A DNA stretch of 64,000 nt from assembly GCA_965214895.1 (NCBI GenBank), contig OZ243985.1, forward strand, positions 110,100 through 174,099, written 5' to 3'. The stretch's first letter is position 1. Each line of letters opens with the position of its first letter. Under the pieces are notes generated by a model, which did not search any database, was not told the origin of the DNA, and saw only the letters and a program-made list of their open reading frames with translations. The translations under genes and the position numbers were made by a program. This document shows, piece after piece, positions 59,083 through 64,000 of the stretch. The DNA is from Caldilineaceae bacterium. Lineage in GTDB: Bacteria > Chloroflexota > Anaerolineae > Caldilineales > Caldilineaceae.

Positions 59083-59706
59083 CCATACCCTGTCAATCGG
59101 ATTCAATGGGCATGCTGATTGACGCAGCACCGGTCGATGCCGCGCCGGGCGCAGGCAACCCCCCGGATCTGGTATAGGGAGGTGGTGTCGGAAAGCACCG
59201 TGGCCAGGGATCAAGGGGTCAAGCGGCAGGACTACGACCGGGCGAATACTGGCAGTGCGGCCCCGAGCAGGGGGGCCTGGTATCCGCTGTCTGTGGACAG
59301 CGAGGCATTGTGGGAAACCGGCAACGGCGGAACGGGACCGGGCAAAGAGCCGGACAGACGTGATACAGGCCCGGAATCGGGCCCTGCAGCTCTGAATCTC
59401 TCGTCCTTGAGCCTGGATTCCGAAGACCCGTCGGGTCAGGACTTGCCGACTTGAGACCGAGACGGCCCGCCCTGTCCGCGGGCCGAGGGTAGAGACACGC
59501 GGGGTGGCATGGCCCCACCCCGGGGAGCGCCTGCGCCGCACAGATGTATCGGCTCTTCGGGTCCTGTAAAATAACGCGCGCATGCAATGGTGTGACTCTC
59601 GCTTGCCGTGAAACCACCCCCTGCGCCTGCAGTCCGGCTCGCCGGCCGTTGTGGGTACGCTACTCGACAACAAGAGCGTTGGGCCCGTTCTCCCTAGATG
59701 AGACAG

Positions 59707-61086
59707 CTACTCCGGCTTCCCCGGGTGCTGCGGTCCGCACAGCCGATCACTCTGCCGCAGTATCGAGACCGAGAAAGGAACTATAACCAGGAAGGAGACC
59801 AGGCTAAACATCGTTCTGGCCCAGGCTACCCCGATTGCGCCGTATTCCGAGACCAGCCACGCCATGGCGGCCAGGAAAACCGCCAGGCCCGCTATCCGCG
59901 ACAGCAGGGGCGGCCATGCGCGCCCCGTTGCCGAGGGCAGCATCCGGAACGCGGCCGCGACGGGGAGGGCGCCCAGTACCAATATCAGCAGCAGCGGGGC
60001 CGCGCCGGAGAATTCGCCGCCCAGGCAGAGACGGATTATGGGTTCCCGAAAGACAGTCAGCAACCCGAGCCCACCGGCGGCCAACGTCATTGACAAGGCT
60101 GTGAAGCGGAAGACAGAGCGGCGCAACTCTGTCCCTTGCCCCGCGTACCATTGCTGGCTGTATTCAGGTTGGGCCATGTTGGGGATCAAACCGATGGAGC
60201 GTCTTGTCATTTCCACAATCTGCCGCGCCCCCCGGTACAGCCCCACATCGGCGGCTCCAGTGAACCGCGCCAGTAGTATAATGTCTATGTTGTCAACCAG
60301 GGTGATAAGCTTCAACTCCCAGAAGGCTCCGGTATAGTATCGCGTCACATCCGGCGGGACTTTGAGCGACGCCGAGCGCAGGAAGCCCGCCAGTCCGGCC
60401 AGGGGCGCGGCAACCACGACGGCGGCTAACATCCCCAACCCTCTCATCGCAGCGGTGGCAATATTCGTCAGGACTACTTCCGTCAGCCCTCCCCCGGCCA
60501 ACCAAACCACCGCCAGCAGTCCGACTCCGGCCCCCCGGGTGGCAGCAGTAACCAGCAGATAGAACTGCATCCGGTCGGCCAACCGCAAGGCCGCCTGCGA
60601 CTCACCGACTATGGAAGTGAAAAGGCCACCGACACTGTAGAGGAGTATTGCGTTCTTGTGAACCGATTCAATCTCCAGCAGGCCGCTGGCGGTGAAGACG
60701 AGAACGGCGATAACGACATAGGCAATGAGCGCCAGTCCCATTGAGGCGGCCAAGGCAAACCGGAACACCTGCGCCGCCTCCCCGGAACGGCCCGCGGCCA
60801 CGGCCCGCGTTACGAAGGTCGTAATGACGTTGCCGCCCGGCATGGCCGCGAATCCGTATACGAGGCCGGATAAGGCGACGATGACGGCCAGGTGTCCCAA
60901 TCCCTCCACACCGAGAATGCGGGCGGTCAGCGATACCGTTGCCAGTCCGCCCAGCATCTCGGTGGCCAAGGCGGCGTACAGCCAAAAGGACTGCCGGACC
61001 ACGCGCTGTTCCGAAGCCGACAGCGCGCGCGCAATCAGGGACTTCACTCGGCTGATGGATACCATCCGCGCTAATGCCCGGTTCAA
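59707..61086 (-). CDS. Polysaccharide flippase (Wzx-like, MOP superfamily)
   Basis: 459-aa very hydrophobic multi-pass protein with the 'polysaccharide biosynthesis protein' pattern ('LLARFTGAADVGLYRGA'). The start is TTG 61086 or ATG 61065. Confidence 0.75.
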   Translation of the reverse strand: MNRALARMVSISRVKSLIARALSASEQRVVRQSFWLYAALATEMLGGLATVSLTARILGVEGLGHLAVIVALSGLVYGFAAMPGGNVITTFVTRAVAAGRSGEAAQVFRFALAASMGLALIAYVVIAVLVFTASGLLEIESVHKNAILLYSVGGLFTSIVGESQAALRLADRMQFYLLVTAATRGAGVGLLAVVWLAGGGLTEVVLTNIATAAMRGLGMLAAVVVAAPLAGLAGFLRSASLKVPPDVTRYYTGAFWELKLITLVDNIDIILLARFTGAADVGLYRGARQIVEMTRRSIGLIPNMAQPEYSQQWYAGQGTELRRSVFRFTALSMTLAAGGLGLLTVFREPIIRLCLGGEFSGAAPLLLILVLGALPVAAAFRMLPSATGRAWPPLLSRIAGLAVFLAAMAWLVSEYGAIGVAWARTMFSLVSFLVIVPFSVSILRQSDRLCGPQHPGKPE

Positions 61087-61099
61087 TGATAAGGAATTG

Positions 61100-61843
61100 C
61101 TACGCTCGACGTGTCGTGCTGGTCACCGCAGCAGTATGCCCAGCGACATCCAGAGCCGACGCCTTATCGAGTAACCTGCTGAGGTCTTGACCCAATTGTC
61201 TACTCCCAAGGCCTGGATGGCGAACTCCGAGAACCGACTGCGTTCCTCCAAATGTCCGGGGCGACCGGATACAGCCCGGTTCCCTCCACCCCCTTGAGGA
61301 CCGACCTGCAGCCCGATGCGCGGCAGTGGGTCGGCGCGGTTCAGGCATCCGGGTGGTCTGGAGTGTGGCCCGCCACTCGTGCCCGCCAAAAAGACCTACT
61401 GGCCGTTTCAAACGGCTATGCGGCATTACACACCGCATAGGTGACCTCACCGCAGCGCACATCAATGCCGTAACGCAGTTTCCGGTCGGGGTGGTGCCCG
61501 TAGAGGTTGTGGGATAACGTCCGGGTCGCGCTTGCATTCATCGTCCAGGGCCGCCAGACTCGATTTGGGAACAACGATGTCGTCATCCAACGACAGTATA
61601 CTGTCGTTGCGGGCGCCGGCCACAGCCAGAAACCGGAGTATACAGCTGTAGTCGGGGTTGAGGTCGGCATCCTCGCGCCGGTACACTATACGGCAAGGGT
61701 CGCTCTGGTAGTCGAAAACTGTATCCCGTCTGGCATGGGAAATGATAATCGCATCTCTGCGCGAGCATTTTTTCAAGGGCTGGCAGAACGATGCGGTGCA
61801 AGTTGTCTGGTCTTTGACAGTGGAGGACAACCGCGGAAATCAT
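61100..61843 (-). pseudogene. Glycosyltransferase (GT64/EXT-like, 'LDDD' type) read in at least three frames
   Basis: ATG 61841-61843 forms an ATGA overlap with the upstream sulfotransferase stop. Segments in successive frames: 'MISAVVLHCQRPDNLHRIVLPALEK'; 'CSRRDAIIISHARRD...ARNDSILSLDDDIVVP...DPDVI'; 'HNLYGHHPDRKLRYG...'. The junctions fall at T6 61768-61773 and GGG 61511-61513 (plus strand). The 3' end is uncertain. Confidence 0.55.
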
Positions 61844-62826
61844 GGGCGAACCTCCATATTGGCAGTTGCCGTCAAGTCCGGGGAGTAACCGCCCAGCTCC
61901 AGGTCGGTGGCATACCGTATTGCCAGCAGTTCCCGGTTCCGCGCCGTCAGGAGCGCGCGCTTGTCTGCTCTGGCCGCCATCAGCGCCTCCGGCGATAGCG
62001 GCTGCCATCCTGCCATCGTGTTCAACACCGGCAGCTCTGGCGCTGGAAGACCGAGGCGCGCAGTGATTCGATGCCAGTCCTCATCCAGGTTCTCAAAGCG
62101 ACCGATGAAATCGGGCAGGCGGCCGTCATCCAGGCGCATCTGGAGGTGCTGGGACTGGTAATGGCGTTCGGCGAAGGCATCGGCACCATACGGTGTGTTC
62201 AGCCACTGGCAATAAGCGTCGAAACTGCTGGCCTCTTCCAGCCCATAGCACTGGTCGAAGAAGCCCTGCTGTTTCTCTCGCTTGTGCCGACGCTGCGCTC
62301 CCTGGTAGCGCTCCGGGAAAAAATGAATTTCCGCATAGAACGAAAGCGCCCGGTGGAAGGGATGCCTGATGAACGCGAAGCGATGGTAATCTCTCGCTTC
62401 CGGATACAGCGCGTAAATATCGGAGAGGCTTTTGCTATGGATGATTTCGGCGTCGGGGTCGGCTCTGCGCAGCGCGGTGATGATGCTCCGCGACGCCACC
62501 TTGGGGTTGCATATCCAGAGATACCGGTATTGGCGGGAAATGACTTTCTCGGAGCCGAGGTCGGACTTACGCGCCACCGTCCGCGCCATGCATTGAGCTG
62601 TCTCAAACTGCCTGCGCCACAACTCGCCCGCGATGTCGGCGGTGATGTCGCGATGCTTCAGCAATCCCGCCGCGAGGGTGGCGGCTTGTTTCAGACGACG
62701 TATCAACACACGGCTCTCCCTCTGGGCGGTCTGGCAATACGGTCTGCCACTGCTGCAGCGTGCCATCGTCTCTCCACTGTCGGCACGCCGGCAAGACATG
62801 GGACCACCGCAGGCGGCCCCATGCAC
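61840..62826 (-). CDS. Sulfotransferase family protein (Sulfotransfer_2-like carbohydrate sulfotransferase)
   Basis: Motifs 'YRYLWICNPKVASRSI', 'FAFIRHPFHRALSFY', 'HYQSQ', 'DFIGRFENLDEDW'. The start is uncertain: the track ORF opens at GTG 62826 and several ATGs lie downstream. Confidence 0.7.
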   Translation of the reverse strand: MHGAACGGPMSCRRADSGETMARCSSGRPYCQTAQRESRVLIRRLKQAATLAAGLLKHRDITADIAGELWRRQFETAQCMARTVARKSDLGSEKVISRQYRYLWICNPKVASRSIITALRRADPDAEIIHSKSLSDIYALYPEARDYHRFAFIRHPFHRALSFYAEIHFFPERYQGAQRRHKREKQQGFFDQCYGLEEASSFDAYCQWLNTPYGADAFAERHYQSQHLQMRLDDGRLPDFIGRFENLDEDWHRITARLGLPAPELPVLNTMAGWQPLSPEALMAARADKRALLTARNRELLAIRYATDLELGGYSPDLTATANMEVRP

Positions 62827-62847
62827 ATTTCGTGCGCGGTGAAGTGG

Positions 62848-63876
62848 TCATTGTTCATCCCCTGGAATCGTCGCGAACAGGCAGTGAGCGAACGTGCCGG
62901 GCACAACCTCCGCAAGATCAAGACGCCAGTTCAGTTTGTATACCGGTATAAGGCCCTCGTCCAGGATGCGCTTCCTGTCGGCGGAAATGGGTTTGACCAG
63001 TCCGCCCAGTCCGCCCAGCTCAACAAGACCCGTCATCCTCAATTTCGGTGTCTGGTTCCAGATAGACCGGAAGTGCCTGTGCTTTTTGCAACATTGTCTG
63101 AAGATAAAGGACATCCAGTAGTGGGGGGTGATTTTAAGCGTTTTCCGGCAGAACGGTGATAGAGGGAACCCCGGGAAAATGTCCCTGAATATCCTAAGGC
63201 AGTACAGCGGATACGCAATGGCGCGACGGGGCCACTCGCTTGAGCAGTAAATAACGTCCAACAGCTTCTCCGGGATACTGGGATGTATCGGCGACCGCCA
63301 CGCTTGCGGTGCCGAGTCCATCCAGTAGGCATGCATTTCATTCCTCCAGGTATTCACCAGCGGGTTGCCGGGTACAGAGACCAAAAACGACCCGGTCGCG
63401 CGTCCTCTCCGCGCGAAGGCAAAAAATCCGCTGTCCAGATAGTCGAAAAGCCATTGGTCCAATGGGCGGCGACAGAAGGTGGTGGCATCCACCCAAACGC
63501 CACCATGCATGCGCAGCAGATTCATACGCACCAAATCCGACAGCCACGTGAGATTGCGCTCCATGGGCAACACAAGATCACTGAGGTCAATGTAGGCAGA
63601 GAGATTTTCGCCATCGAGAGTACGGATTGTCCAGCCGGGATTGTGGTATTGCCAGGAACGCAGACAGCGTTTTGCCAGTTCCGGCGCGTTTTCCCAACCC
63701 TGGTACCAGAGAATCCATACCGTTCGGGGAAAATCACGGACGGCAGGTGCCACCGACGCATCCTTGCCGCCCGTATCCACGTACTCCTGCAGGAGCCCCG
63801 ACTGGTCCGCACGCGCCGCAGTGGGGCGCGTGCGGACGTAAGAAGACTGACTGCATCTTTTAGGTCTCAACTTCAT
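62848..63876 (-). CDS. Capsular polysaccharide synthesis protein (Caps_synth / DXD sugar-transferase-like)
   Basis: ATG 63874-63876 after GGAG. Motifs 'VWILWYQGWENAPELAKRCLRSWQYHNPGW' and 'LSDLVRMNLLRMHGGVWVDATTF'. Confidence 0.75.
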   Translation of the reverse strand: MKLRPKRCSQSSYVRTRPTAARADQSGLLQEYVDTGGKDASVAPAVRDFPRTVWILWYQGWENAPELAKRCLRSWQYHNPGWTIRTLDGENLSAYIDLSDLVLPMERNLTWLSDLVRMNLLRMHGGVWVDATTFCRRPLDQWLFDYLDSGFFAFARRGRATGSFLVSVPGNPLVNTWRNEMHAYWMDSAPQAWRSPIHPSIPEKLLDVIYCSSEWPRRAIAYPLYCLRIFRDIFPGFPLSPFCRKTLKITPHYWMSFIFRQCCKKHRHFRSIWNQTPKLRMTGLVELGGLGGLVKPISADRKRILDEGLIPVYKLNWRLDLAEVVPGTFAHCLFATIPGDEQ

Positions 63877-64000
63877 GGGATGATCTCCGTTGTGCAAGCT
63901 GCACTGGGGATTCAGCTGCAAACTCTGCGCGTTCGGTCCGCGCGCGACCCAGAAACGGATGCGGCAATTTCAGATCTTCAATACCGGCCCAACCGGGATG
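63860..64000 (-). CDS. C-terminal fragment of an upstream minus-strand gene running off the window (unknown function)
   Basis: This is the only open frame across the right edge: '...HPGWAGIEDLKLPHPFLGRARTERAEFAAESPVQLAQRRSSHEVET*'. Stop TAA at 63860-63862 overlaps the next gene's start by 17 nt, consistent with the tightly packed operon. Confidence 0.35.
   Translation of the reverse strand, partial: HPGWAGIEDLKLPHPFLGRARTERAEFAAESPVQLAQRRSSHEVET

Overview
64-kb fragment of a high-GC bacterial chromosome. Two 60-nt spot counts gave about 63% GC in backbone genes and about 53% in the islands. I support about 45 protein-coding genes, one IS element, several pseudogene-like loci and several repeat structures. 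I found no rRNA, tRNA or CRISPR array. The backbone is ordinary metabolism: M42 peptidase, DapA-family aldolase, NAMPT, an ABC-2 transporter, TrpB2, PepT, gluconolactonase, PhyH dioxygenases, Nudix, methyltransferases, oxidoreductases, a fused 2Fe-2S/molybdopterin oxidoreductase, RdgB, malate synthase G and a sugar-acid type cluster. Four AT-richer islands interrupt it. (i) 6.3-15.5 kb is defence-like: an NTase-HEPN fusion, an inverted-repeat-bounded 464-bp element, a translationally coupled pair of P-loop NTPases (the second with a 43-aa repeat array), a relic hsdS tail and a Schlafen/AlbA_2 gene with a duplicated C-terminus. (ii) 24.5-26.6 kb holds a DUF1232 gene and a decayed AlbA_2 paralogue. 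(iii) 46.8-50.5 kb holds a DUF488 fusion, a lipoprotein, a nucleoside 2-deoxyribosyltransferase and a Uma2 endonuclease. (iv) 57.3-64 kb is a minus-strand polysaccharide locus next to a degenerate IS5-family element. The best candidate for an undescribed system is the effector-less two-NTPase operon at 8.8-12.9 kb. Caveats: many long ORFs in the track are high-GC antisense shadows, and several start codons are uncertain. Six of the seven frameshifts I localised can be repaired by a 1-nt change in a short homopolymer, so pseudogene calls need read-level confirmation. All family assignments rest on motif recognition by eye, not on searches.
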